This document shows, in pieces, positions 53,008-63,077 of a stretch of DNA of 64,000 nt. A model generated the notes under the pieces. That model did no database searches and was not told the DNA's origin. It was given only the letters and a program-made list of their open reading frames with translations. Positions within the stretch are counted from its first letter, which is position 1. Each line of letters opens with the position of its first letter. This DNA comes from Candidatus Moraniibacteriota bacterium (GTDB lineage: Bacteria; Patescibacteriota; Minisyncoccia; Moranbacterales; DUUL01). A program made the translations under genes and the position numbers. The DNA lies in contig JBFHFF010000001.1 in the NCBI GenBank assembly GCA_041583775.1, positions 27,528 through 91,527 of the forward strand, read 5' to 3'.

Positions 53008-53318
53008 CTATTAAGATTATCTCTACCATGAAATCTTAAAGTCAGCTTATCTTTTCCTTCATCAATTTGATTTTTTAAATACCTTGCATTAATTCTTTTT
53101 TCAGAATCTGATAAATTCAAATTTTCATCTTCATCAACCCTGTCAATAAAATCACCAATCTCCTCATTAAATTTATCTGAATACATACTATCCCTTTTAC
53201 TGTTCAAATCAGCTTCACCGGTGTGCAATTGATATGCACCTTGTTTAATTTTATTAAAAAGCATTTGATTACCTCTAAACCTTTCTATCTTTCTTTTAAT
53301 TTCTATTGTTGTGGCCAT
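53004..53318 (-). CDS. Hypothetical protein, 104 aa (probable paralog of 52454-52768)
   Basis: ATGA overlap with the DUF167 gene; alignable by eye with 52454-52768. Confidence 0.7.
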   Translation of the reverse strand: MATTIEIKRKIERFRGNQMLFNKIKQGAYQLHTGEADLNSKRDSMYSDKFNEEIGDFIDRVDEDENLNLSDSEKRINARYLKNQIDEGKDKLTLRFHGRDNLNR

Positions 53319-53328
53319 TATTTTATTT

Positions 53329-54027
53329 TTATCTTATTACAACTTTCTTAAAATATTTTTGCAATATTTTTTCTATTTTCACCAAGTCAATTTCTTTGCC
53401 CTTTGCCCTATCTCTTAATTTTTCATCCAAAATTTTTCCTTCATCACGATATTTCTGAAGTGCAAAGCTATCAATTCCCTCCAACCATTCACCAATCATT
53501 TCAAAATCTTTCACAGTATGAATTCCTGGCACAACTGTTGTGCGAAATTCATATAAAACATTTGAGTTCTTAATTAATTCAACACTTTTTTTTATATTTT
53601 TTAAATTAACAACAGCGCCACAAGTTTTCTCATAATTTTCTAAACAATTTTTAATATCCATTGCAATAAAATCAATTAATTTCTCTGAAAATGCTTTTTT
53701 TAAAATTTCAGGATTAGTTCCATTTGAATCAAGTTTAACCAAAAATCCCAAATTTTTAATTTTTCTTAAAAAATCCAAGATATCAATTTGCACTGTTGGC
53801 TCTCCACCAGTTACACAAATTCCCTCCAGTTTACCTTTTCTTTTTTCAAGAAAAGCAAAAAAATCACTCTCTTTCACAAAACCTCTTTCAAATTTATCTA
53901 CAACAACGACTAATTCTGGATTATGACAAAATGGACAACGAAAATTACAACCAGCCGTAAAAACTGTTGCAGCAATTTTCCCCGGATAATCAATTAGCGT
54001 TAGTTTTTGTAAACCTCCAAGAATCAT
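53329..54027 (-). CDS. nrdG: Anaerobic ribonucleotide reductase activating protein (radical SAM, NrdG2-type)
   Basis: GLQKLTLIDYPG, GCNFRCPFCHNP, TGGEPT, KLDSNG, EFRTT. Confidence 0.9.
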   Translation of the reverse strand: MILGGLQKLTLIDYPGKIAATVFTAGCNFRCPFCHNPELVVVVDKFERGFVKESDFFAFLEKRKGKLEGICVTGGEPTVQIDILDFLRKIKNLGFLVKLDSNGTNPEILKKAFSEKLIDFIAMDIKNCLENYEKTCGAVVNLKNIKKSVELIKNSNVLYEFRTTVVPGIHTVKDFEMIGEWLEGIDSFALQKYRDEGKILDEKLRDRAKGKEIDLVKIEKILQKYFKKVVIR

Positions 54028-54090
54028 ACCTATAAATTATATTTATTAAACCCCTCTTTTCATATAAAACATTCTCTCCCTTGAAGCAAG

Positions 54091-56394
54091 TTATGCTGAC
54101 CATTTTTCACGCCTAGACTGATCATTTTCTGAATCTTCATATTTAGTTGAACCTTCTCCTACGGTCGAGCCATCTATTAAAACATCTCTTGCTCTTGAAC
54201 CATCTGGTGGTCCAATAACTCCATTTTCTTCCAAAAGATCAATAATCCTTCCCGCTCTTGAAAATCCAATTCTTAATTTTCTTTGTAACATTGAAGCAGA
54301 AGCTTTTCCAGCATCAACAACAATTTCTTTCGCTTTTTCATACAATTCATCGTCTGGTTCACCTCCAGTACCCTCGCTTGCAAAGACTCCAGTCGCACTG
54401 GACAATTGTTCTTCCAAAGATTGGGAGAGATCCTCCCCATCATCATATTTAATTTTATCAGCCTGCTTTTTAACAGCACTAACAACTCGCTTCACTTCAT
54501 TTTCTGAAACAAAAACACCCTGAATTCTCATTGGCTGAATTGAGTCAGCGCTTTTATATAGCATATCACCATTGCCAATTAGTTTTTCTGCACCACCTTG
54601 ATCCAAAATTGTTCTTGAATCAATTTGTGTTGCCACTTTAAAAGCAATTCTTGTTGTAATGTTAGCCTTAATTAGGCCAGTAATAACTTCTACTGATGGT
54701 CTTTGTGTTGAAACAACGAGATGGATTCCAATGGCACGAGCTTTTTGCGCTAAACGCACAATAAGTCCCTCTACCTCTTTTCCATGAGTCGCCATTAGAT
54801 CAGCTAACTCATCAATCACAATCAAAATATATGGCAGCTTTTCTAAATATTCCTCAGTAACTTCACCTGTTTCTTTGTCTATTATTTGCTTCTTCTCTCC
54901 TTCTTCCACCTTTTGATTAAAAGAAAGAATGTCTCTTGAACCAACTTCCTGCAACAACCCAAATCTTCTTTCCATTTCCCCAATTGCCCATTTTAAAGCA
55001 TTTACTACTTTTTGTGAGTCCACAATAACTGGTGTTAAAAGATGTGGAATTCCCCCATACAAAGACAACTCTACTCTTTTAGGATCAACTAAAATCATTC
55101 TCAATTCTTCAGGGGAATTTTCAAATAACAAAGTCGTTAAAAGCACATTAACACAAACACTCTTTCCTGTTCCTGTAGAACCAGCAATCATTAGATGTGG
55201 CATTTTTTCAATATTTGCCAAAACTGGTTTTCCACTAACATTCTCCCCCCAAATAATACTTAGGTTTGACTTTCTGTTTTCAAATTCAGAACTCTCAAGC
55301 ATCGTTCTCATTTTTACAAAAGATTTCTTTTTATTTGGCACTTCAATTCCCACCAATGACCTTCCTGGAATTGGAGCTTCAATCCTAATTGAACTTGCCG
55401 CCAAAGCTAAAGAGAGATTATCCTGTAAAGACAAAATTCTACTCAACTTTACTCCAACGGCTGGACTAAAGGTGTACTGAGTTACTGTTGGTCCAACCGA
55501 ATATTCTCCAGGGATTACTTCAATTCCAAAATTATGCAAAGTCTGTTTAATTATGTCGATTATTTCTTTATGATTAGAACTTGCTGCTCTTTTTTCATTT
55601 TTTTCAACCAAATTAAACGATGGTGGTCGCCAATTTATTCCACTATACACATTTTGTTTTATATGACCTCCTCCGACTTTTTTTTGAGGAGACTCTATTA
55701 CATCATCGGAAATATCATTTTTTGGACCCTCAACAAACTCAAGTGATTTAATATTATTTTTCAACTCTTCTGCTCCAATTTCTTTCTCGACACCTTTTTC
55801 AACAACTTCAGAATTATCATCCTCACCCTCTAAGGCATCTGTGTTTTTATTTTTTCCAATCCTTGGAATAGTAACATTCCCCTTGATTCTATCTATTAAA
55901 GAAAAAATTGAAGCATTAAAAAGCAAAATCAATCCTATAAGAGAAAAGCCTGATAAAATTATTACCGCTGCTATCTTACCTAGAAATTTTGCCAAAGGAT
56001 ACGCAAATGCAAATCCTAAATATCCTCCTGCTTGGCCGACCTTAGCAAGTTCAAGCATTTCTTTAGGATCGTGAAAAATATGTACCAACCCCAAAAGCAT
56101 ACTGTATAACAAAACTGCTCCAAATGCAGCCAGTGTGTAACGAATTGGTTTCATTTTCCTGAAATAAAGAACTCCTAGAATAAACATTATTAGAGGTAAA
56201 AAATATCTTCCTGCTCCAAATAAAAAAGCAAGCCCTTTGTCAATATACTCGCCAGCTACGCCAGCTTTTCCAAACAAACTTAAGAGAAAAATCAAACTAA
56301 TCATTATCAAAAAAACAGCAATTATATGTTTTTTTGCACCTCCATCCAAAACCGTTTCTTTTTTAGTTTCTTCTTTTTTCGGTTTTTTTCCCAT
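54091..56394 (-). CDS. ftsK: DNA translocase FtsK/SpoIIIE
   Basis: 4 TM N-terminus, PHLMIAGSTGTGKS, IDELADLM, TQRPS, gamma domain SASMLQRKLRIG. Confidence 0.97.
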   Translation of the reverse strand: MGKKPKKEETKKETVLDGGAKKHIIAVFLIMISLIFLLSLFGKAGVAGEYIDKGLAFLFGAGRYFLPLIMFILGVLYFRKMKPIRYTLAAFGAVLLYSMLLGLVHIFHDPKEMLELAKVGQAGGYLGFAFAYPLAKFLGKIAAVIILSGFSLIGLILLFNASIFSLIDRIKGNVTIPRIGKNKNTDALEGEDDNSEVVEKGVEKEIGAEELKNNIKSLEFVEGPKNDISDDVIESPQKKVGGGHIKQNVYSGINWRPPSFNLVEKNEKRAASSNHKEIIDIIKQTLHNFGIEVIPGEYSVGPTVTQYTFSPAVGVKLSRILSLQDNLSLALAASSIRIEAPIPGRSLVGIEVPNKKKSFVKMRTMLESSEFENRKSNLSIIWGENVSGKPVLANIEKMPHLMIAGSTGTGKSVCVNVLLTTLLFENSPEELRMILVDPKRVELSLYGGIPHLLTPVIVDSQKVVNALKWAIGEMERRFGLLQEVGSRDILSFNQKVEEGEKKQIIDKETGEVTEEYLEKLPYILIVIDELADLMATHGKEVEGLIVRLAQKARAIGIHLVVSTQRPSVEVITGLIKANITTRIAFKVATQIDSRTILDQGGAEKLIGNGDMLYKSADSIQPMRIQGVFVSENEVKRVVSAVKKQADKIKYDDGEDLSQSLEEQLSSATGVFASEGTGGEPDDELYEKAKEIVVDAGKASASMLQRKLRIGFSRAGRIIDLLEENGVIGPPDGSRARDVLIDGSTVGEGSTKYEDSENDQSRREKWSA

Positions 56395-56495
56395 TTTATT
56401 ATTTTAATTCAAACCTTTTTTATTTTAAATATAACACAAAAATCATCTTTAGATTAACATGTAAAAAAAATTATCACAATTATTTCAATACACAA

Positions 56496-59171
56496 TCATA
56501 CTTTTACTGTTCGATGTTTTCTTAAGAAATATATCTTACTAGCCTCAATGATTATGGTTTCGAAAATCGTTAATCCTATGATTACAACCCAGTCTTTTGG
56601 ATAAATAGCAACCGTTCCAAGTAGGTTTTGAAAAGTTGGCACATAAATACCAATCAATAGAAGAATAAATCCAACAAGAACTGCCCAGTTCAAAAATTTA
56701 TTAGAAAAAATATCTCTTCTGAAAACCGTTTTTTTAAATGATCTAACAGAATAAGCGAAAGTTAAAGAATCAAAAACCATCAATGAAAAAACTAGAGTTC
56801 TAATCCTATCAACATCATCGAGCGTTTGACATAGATAATAAAAAAATAAGAAAGTTAAAACTCCATTGATCAAAAAAATTGTCAAAATCCATTCCTTAAT
56901 TTGTAAACTCAAAATTGGCTCTTTGGGATCCCTGGGTGGTTCTTGCATCACCCCCTCAGTTTCTTGTTCACTTGTTAGCGCCATATTAGGCAATGTATCT
57001 TCAGCTAAATTTATCCACAAAATCTGTGCTGCTATCAATGGAAGAGGTAGCCCAAAAGCCATTGCACCTAAAAACAAAAGAATTTCCGTAAAATCATCTG
57101 CAATTAAATATATCAAAACCTTTCTAATATTAGAAAAGGCGACCCTTCCTTGCTCAATTGCTTTCACGATTGTTTTAAAATTATCATCCAGCAAAATAAC
57201 ATCTGCAACTTCCTTTGCAACATCCGTTCCACTTCCCACAGCAACGGAGATATCTGAAGCCTTTAATGCTGGAGCATCATTCACTCCATCCCCAAACATT
57301 GCCACCACTTCACCATTTTGATGCAAAGCTTCAATAATTTTCAATTTATGCTCAGGAAGTGATCTCGCGAAAATCACAACTTTCTTAACTTTTTTTGCCA
57401 GACTCGCAATATTCATTTTCTCAACATCTTTACCCTCTAAAATTTGATTATCTTTAACCTTTAAACCAACCTCCTCAGCAACTGCTTTTGCTGTTAATTT
57501 ATGATCCCCTGTAATAATAATTGGATGAATACCAGCACCTTGAATCTCCTCCATTGCAGACCTAACATCAGCTCGCACAGGATCTTTAATTGCAATAAAA
57601 CCAACGAGAGTCAGGTCTTTCACTAAATCAGAAATTTGTTTATATTTTTCTTTATCGATATCTCGATACGCACAAGCAACGACTCGCAATCCTTTCTTCG
57701 TCAAACTATTAAGCTTCCTGAGCATTTTTTTGGATTGAGAACTTTCAAGTCCCAATTTTTTTCCATTGAAATCAATTTGTTTCGTCCTAGCAATCAGCTC
57801 CTCTGGAGCACCAACTACTAGCAATTTATTTTTTCCCTCAACTTCTCGCAAAGAAGCAGAAAATCTCAAATGCGAACTAAAACTAACTTTATCAATTAAT
57901 TTCCATTTCTTTTCTAATGCCTGAACATCAATTCCTGCTTGTAACCCAGATTTCAAAAGAGCTTTGTCTGTAAAAAATCCACGGACTATCCAATCATGTA
58001 GTTCATCTTTGGGGTTTTCAATGTAAGCATCGTTTGTTAATGTTGCTATTTTAATTGCCAAAACATCTGACTGAGCACTCTCAAGACTAAGTTCTCCCGT
58101 AAAAGAACTTCCCTTACTCAAGAGTTCTTTTGTACTAGTTATAACATGACTTACTTGCATATTTCCCTCAGTCAAAGTCCCTGTTTTGTCTGTACAAATA
58201 ACAGTCACACTTCCCAGTCCCTCTGCTGCAGAAAGTCTCTTAACAACTCCTTTATTTTTCAAAATTCGACGCATTGCTAAAACTAAAATAACTGTAATCG
58301 CTGGCAACAATCCTTCTGGAATCGCAGAAACGACAAGTGCTAGTGCAGCAATAAACATTTCGATTGGATCTTTCCCTCGCCAAACTCCTTCAGCAATAAT
58401 CACAACTCCTAAAAATAGAATAAAAACTCCAACCAATCTTGAGAGCTTTATCATCGCTTTTTGGAATGGAGTTTTTGGCTCTTTTGTTCCAGAAACCAAA
58501 GAAACTATTTTTCCGAATTCACTATGCAAACCTATAGCAACAACGACTGCTGTTGCTTCGCCAGAATCAACAGAGGTTCCCATAAAAACCATATTAACCC
58601 TATCTCCAATAATTGAATCTTTTGGCAACTGCATACTCTTTTTTTCCACCGATAACCACTCTCCTGTTAAAGAAGCTTCGTTGACCTTCAATGCATTACT
58701 TTCAATCACACGACAATCAGCAGGAACTTTGTCTCCAGCACTCAAAAAAATTATATCCCCCTGCACCAAATTTTCTGAATCAATTTCAATTTTATTCCCA
58801 TCCCGCAAAACCTTTGTTTTTATTTTTACCATTTTCTTCAAAGCCTCCAATGAGTTATTTACTTTGTTTTCTTGATAAAAACCAACAATAGTATTTGCAA
58901 AAACCACCACCAAAATGAAAATTGAATCTGAAATATGCCCAAGCAAAAAAGACACAACCACTGTTGTCAAAAGAATATACATCAAAGGACTATTGAATTG
59001 TGCTAGGAATAATTTAGTTTTCGAAAGAGCTTTTTTTTGTGGTAAGGAATTTTTTCCATCTCTTTCCATTTTCTTCTTGACCACTTTTGAAGAAAGTCCG
59101 CTTCTTGTCGTTACGATGTTTTTTAGTACATTATCAACAGAGTGTGCATGCCAATTTGTATATTGAGACAT
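56496..59171 (-). CDS. Cation-translocating P-type ATPase (P2A, Ca2+-type)
   Basis: EASLTGE, IPEGL, DKTGTLT, TGD, GDGVNDAPAL, QILWINL. Confidence 0.95.
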   Translation of the reverse strand: MSQYTNWHAHSVDNVLKNIVTTRSGLSSKVVKKKMERDGKNSLPQKKALSKTKLFLAQFNSPLMYILLTTVVVSFLLGHISDSIFILVVVFANTIVGFYQENKVNNSLEALKKMVKIKTKVLRDGNKIEIDSENLVQGDIIFLSAGDKVPADCRVIESNALKVNEASLTGEWLSVEKKSMQLPKDSIIGDRVNMVFMGTSVDSGEATAVVVAIGLHSEFGKIVSLVSGTKEPKTPFQKAMIKLSRLVGVFILFLGVVIIAEGVWRGKDPIEMFIAALALVVSAIPEGLLPAITVILVLAMRRILKNKGVVKRLSAAEGLGSVTVICTDKTGTLTEGNMQVSHVITSTKELLSKGSSFTGELSLESAQSDVLAIKIATLTNDAYIENPKDELHDWIVRGFFTDKALLKSGLQAGIDVQALEKKWKLIDKVSFSSHLRFSASLREVEGKNKLLVVGAPEELIARTKQIDFNGKKLGLESSQSKKMLRKLNSLTKKGLRVVACAYRDIDKEKYKQISDLVKDLTLVGFIAIKDPVRADVRSAMEEIQGAGIHPIIITGDHKLTAKAVAEEVGLKVKDNQILEGKDVEKMNIASLAKKVKKVVIFARSLPEHKLKIIEALHQNGEVVAMFGDGVNDAPALKASDISVAVGSGTDVAKEVADVILLDDNFKTIVKAIEQGRVAFSNIRKVLIYLIADDFTEILLFLGAMAFGLPLPLIAAQILWINLAEDTLPNMALTSEQETEGVMQEPPRDPKEPILSLQIKEWILTIFLINGVLTFLFFYYLCQTLDDVDRIRTLVFSLMVFDSLTFAYSVRSFKKTVFRRDIFSNKFLNWAVLVGFILLLIGIYVPTFQNLLGTVAIYPKDWVVIIGLTIFETIIIEASKIYFLRKHRTVKV

Positions 59172-59308
59172 TGTTATTTGTTTTTATTTTTACCTTAATT
59201 TTGTTTTTATTATAGCACTTTAAGAAAGTTGGGACAATGTAATTTATCATCTCTTTATTTATTATGGGTGTAATTATTTTCTATTCATATATTCTTTCTT
59301 TTTTCAAT

Positions 59309-59806
59309 TTACAATTCAACCTTCCTCACTTCACTTCCCGCCCACTCCAAAAATTTGAATAGGTCTTCTTTAGAAATCTGCACTGTAGCAGTATTGCGAT
59401 TTGGGTGAAAATTTAGTTTTTCATCAACAAGAATATCCCTATCCAAAATGACAATTACTTCTCGCTTTTCATCATTAATAATACCAAATGGCGAAACTGA
59501 GCCAGATACAAGCTTCAAATATTTCTCCAACCGCTCATTCGATGCAAATCCAAGTTTTCGCTCACCAGTCACATTGGAAAGTTTTTTAAGATCAACTGAT
59601 TTAAAAGCACTTGTAATAAAAAGAAAGTGTTTGTCTCCTTTTTTATTTCGTAAAAATAGATTCTTGATTTTCACACCATCAAGATAACCTTTGTGTAATT
59701 CTGCCTCTTCCACTGTGAAAACAGCTGGATGTTCATGTTCCAAAAATTCTATTTCCAACTTGCGAAAAATCTCATAAATATCTGTCATTATCATCTTCTC
59801 CAACAA
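59309..59806 (-). CDS. YbaK/ProX (PrdX) prolyl-tRNA editing domain protein
   Basis: EHPAVFTVEE, KNLFL, GSVSPFG, HPNRNTAT. Confidence 0.92.
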   Translation of the reverse strand: MLEKMIMTDIYEIFRKLEIEFLEHEHPAVFTVEEAELHKGYLDGVKIKNLFLRNKKGDKHFLFITSAFKSVDLKKLSNVTGERKLGFASNERLEKYLKLVSGSVSPFGIINDEKREVIVILDRDILVDEKLNFHPNRNTATVQISKEDLFKFLEWAGSEVRKVEL

Positions 59807-59917
59807 TTAAAGTCTTCTTTCTTTCTGTTTTTTCAACAATAGCAACTTTTTAAAAATCTTTCCAGTCTCTTTTTTGCTCTTAATAAAAATCATCCATATG
59901 CTAGTATGATAAATATT

Positions 59918-60514
59918 ATGAAAAAACTAACTCAACCATTTTTCAATAGATCAGCACAAATAGTTGCTCAGGAATTACTGGGTAAGATTTTAGTTTATAA
60001 AAATAAAAATCATTTCTATTCAGGAATCATTGTTGAAACCGAAGCCTATGTCGGACCAGAAGACAAGGCTAGCCATGCTTCTCGTGGAAAAACTCCCCGC
60101 AACAGCCCAATGTTTGAAGAAGCAGGAATTTGGTATATCTATTTAATTTATGGATTTTACAACTGTCTCAATATAGTTACTGGAGAGAAAAACTTCCCCG
60201 CAGCTGTTTTGATTAGGGCCATTGAACCAATCGATGGAATTGAAGAAATGAAAGTTAATCGCCGTTGTGAAAAATTAGAAAATCTCACAAGCGGTCCGGG
60301 AAAACTTTGCCAGGCTTTTGAGATTGATAAAAATCTGAACCACTTTTCTGCAACAAACAAAAAATCTCCCTTGTTTATAGGAGATATGGGGACAAAAATT
60401 TCAAAAAATAAAATCATAAAAGCCAAAAGAATTGGCGTTGACTATGCTGGAAAATGGAAAAATAGATTACTGAGATTCTATCTCAAGGACAATGTTTTTA
60501 TTTCGAAGAAATAA
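59918..60514 (+). CDS. mpg: 3-methyladenine DNA glycosylase (AAG/MPG family)
   Basis: IVETEAY..D.ASH, YIYLIYG, AVLIRA, SGPGKLC, RIGV. Confidence 0.95.
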   Translation: MKKLTQPFFNRSAQIVAQELLGKILVYKNKNHFYSGIIVETEAYVGPEDKASHASRGKTPRNSPMFEEAGIWYIYLIYGFYNCLNIVTGEKNFPAAVLIRAIEPIDGIEEMKVNRRCEKLENLTSGPGKLCQAFEIDKNLNHFSATNKKSPLFIGDMGTKISKNKIIKAKRIGVDYAGKWKNRLLRFYLKDNVFISKK

Positions 60515-60551
60515 AAATGAAAACATATTGCGTTGTGCTGAAAAATTTGCT

Positions 60552-61058
60552 TCAAAAAAAATCTCCTGCCTCTCTTTTCCAAATCAACCAATTCTTACTC
60601 TTTTGCATTCCCTTTTTGTTAATGTCTTTTTTATCAAAATCTTTTACTAACATCATTTGATAACGGCCCTTCAACTTCTCCCCTAAAAGATTAAATGATA
60701 TTCTGCCATCAACTAGATTTCCTTTCATAAGTCCCCACACACCCTTATCCCAAATTTCAACCTTTCCTGCCCCATAACTTCCCTCAGGAACCGCTCCTTC
60801 AAAACCAATGTGTTCTAAGTTTCGATTTTCAACTCTAATAGCTAAGCGTTTTTCTTCTGCAACCATTGGAAGATTTTTTGGAACTGCCCAAGAAACTAAA
60901 GTCAGTTCACCAGTCTCCGAATCCTCCATTTTTAAACGAAAATCATAGTGTGGATGAGAAGTTGAATGCTTTTGAATCACGAATAATTGCTCGGGCAAAT
61001 TCTTGCTCGAGTTATCTTTTAAGCTCTCATCAAAATTGTTTGATTTATCTGCCTTCAT
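60552..61058 (-). CDS. Stand-alone LigD 3'-phosphoesterase domain protein
   Basis: FVIQKH...HYDFRL, SWAVPK, FEG, YGAG.V.IWDKG. Confidence 0.88.
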   Translation of the reverse strand: MKADKSNNFDESLKDNSSKNLPEQLFVIQKHSTSHPHYDFRLKMEDSETGELTLVSWAVPKNLPMVAEEKRLAIRVENRNLEHIGFEGAVPEGSYGAGKVEIWDKGVWGLMKGNLVDGRISFNLLGEKLKGRYQMMLVKDFDKKDINKKGMQKSKNWLIWKREAGDFF

Positions 61059-61430
61059 CTTAGCTATATTTTAACATCTTTTAGCTTAAACATCAATTAT
61101 TATTACTGTTTTTAGAACACATAAATACTTCTATTTCCAATTCCAAAAAATATTTCTTTAAAACAAAAAACAGAAATTAAAAATAAAAAATCATACCAAA
61201 TACTTTGACATTCGTCGCTTTTTCTGTTATTATTATAAATCAACAAGGAAACAAGCGACTAACAACTAACTAGCTTTATTTTTTCAGATTATTTATTAGT
61301 GACACAAAATACCAAGTTACTAGACAATTAGATTAAACTTGCACAAAGACCATTCGTGATTTATACTTATTTTAGTACATGGTGTAAAAGCGTGAAAAAC
61401 AAAAATAAATAATCGAAAAAACAAAATAAA

Positions 61431-62225
61431 ATGTCAAAAGAGAATTCTTCCAACCGAAGAGACGATCAATCTACTGATGAAAAAATTCAGTCACTTTATG
61501 CAATGATTGCAACAGCAGAACAAACAATTCTTTCTGCAAAGCAAATGCTTTCAACTATGGATGCACCAATGCCTAACAATCCTTCTTCTCGAATGGATGT
61601 TACCGGTGGACAAGTTATCCATGGCGCATTTGATGGTCAAATAATGGTAGGTGAAGACGGGAAACAATACCCAGTTCCAGCAAACTATGCCTCAAAATCA
61701 AAACTCGTTGAGGGGGATGTCTTAAAACTAACCATATCACCTCAAGGAACTTTTATGTACAAGCAAATTGGACCAATTGAAAGAAAATTTCTCATTGGAA
61801 CAGTGAAGCAAGATGAAAGAGGAAATTTCATCATAAACACAGAAGAAAAGGACTATAAAGTTTTACTTGCGGCTGCAACATATTTCAAAATTGAACTTGA
61901 TGATGAAGTGACTATTGTCATTCCAAGAGACAAAGAAGCTGTTTGGAGTGCAATTGAAAATGTTGTAAGAAAAGCTTCTGACCCCATCACCTCTCGCATT
62001 GTCTACAAAAAACCAGAAAAAGATTTTTTTGATGAGGATGCTTTTGAAAATGAGATTGAAGAAGATAAACCAAAAAGACTCTCTGCTGTTGAAAAATTAC
62101 AACAAGAAATTGATGAGGAAAGAAAAAGACATACAACAAAAGAGGAACTTCTAAATGAATGGTCTCCTGAAGCAAGTGAAATAGAAAAAGAGGCAAAGCA
62201 AGAAGTTGAGTTAGAAGAAAAATAG
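61431..62225 (+). CDS. Conserved hypothetical protein
   Basis: GAFDGQIM..DGKQYPVPANYASKSKLVEGD core plus acidic tail; two upstream sigma70-like promoters. Confidence 0.75.
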   Translation: MSKENSSNRRDDQSTDEKIQSLYAMIATAEQTILSAKQMLSTMDAPMPNNPSSRMDVTGGQVIHGAFDGQIMVGEDGKQYPVPANYASKSKLVEGDVLKLTISPQGTFMYKQIGPIERKFLIGTVKQDERGNFIINTEEKDYKVLLAAATYFKIELDDEVTIVIPRDKEAVWSAIENVVRKASDPITSRIVYKKPEKDFFDEDAFENEIEEDKPKRLSAVEKLQQEIDEERKRHTTKEELLNEWSPEASEIEKEAKQEVELEEK

Positions 62226-62269
62226 TGTTAGACTGAAATTCACAAACTTATTTAAACAAACTAGAATAG

Positions 62270-62734
62270 ATGTTGAGAAATATATTAAATAAATATCCAG
62301 CGATTGGACAATTTGTTCGTTTTGGATTGATTGGAGGACTAAATACTGGGGTTGATCTTATAATTTTAAATATTCTGATGTTTTCCACTGGACTTTTTGT
62401 TGGTACTCCCTATACTTTTTTCAAGTCGATATCCTTCATTTTTGCAGCTACATTTAGTTATTTTATGAACAAACAGTGGGCGTTTAAAGATAGCTCCAAG
62501 GAAAAAGCTGTTCAAAAATTTTCTCAATTTTTTGCCGTCTCTTTAATTGGAATGATTGTAAATGTTTCAGTTGCATCTCTTGTCGTTACTTATTTACAAC
62601 CATTCATCGCTACACAAATTACATTCCTTACTATTGATCAAAAAATTTGGGGTTCAATAGGTGCTTTATTTGGAACAGCGATTGGTCTAATTTGGAACTT
62701 TATTGGATACAAGTTTTTCGTTTTCAAAAAATAA
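62270..62734 (+). CDS. GtrA family flippase-like membrane protein
   Basis: QFVRFGLIGGLNT, NKQWAF, WNFIGYKFFVF. Confidence 0.92.
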   Translation: MLRNILNKYPAIGQFVRFGLIGGLNTGVDLIILNILMFSTGLFVGTPYTFFKSISFIFAATFSYFMNKQWAFKDSSKEKAVQKFSQFFAVSLIGMIVNVSVASLVVTYLQPFIATQITFLTIDQKIWGSIGALFGTAIGLIWNFIGYKFFVFKK

Positions 62735-62763
62735 ATCCCTCTCTTTTTAGTTGGGGATTTTTT
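62733..62763 (+). terminator. Probable intrinsic terminator after the GtrA gene
   Basis: aaatcccc...ggggatttttt. Confidence 0.65.
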
Positions 62764-63077
62764 TAATCCCAATTTATCAAAAAAAGCAAACTAACAACTT
62801 TCCAGAAATTGACCTCTCCTTAAACATTTTAAAGATTATTTGGTATATAAATCAAATAATGTTATACTTTACTTTGTTATTTTAGTTAAAAACAAAAATC
62901 ATTCTAAATCGATATAATCTCGGTGTTTTTTTGTTTTCCACAAGTTATCAACACTCAAAAGAAAATAATAAATCAAAATCCTTTGATAAAAAAGATTCTC
63001 TTTGACTTTTATTCCTCACTTACTATACTTAAAAATATCTAAAGATTTCTAAAACTATAATATCGGCAAATTAAAAG

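Noticed and set aside
62735-63070. Replication origin
   Set aside because: Only two DnaA-box-like sites and no dnaA/dnaN context in the window
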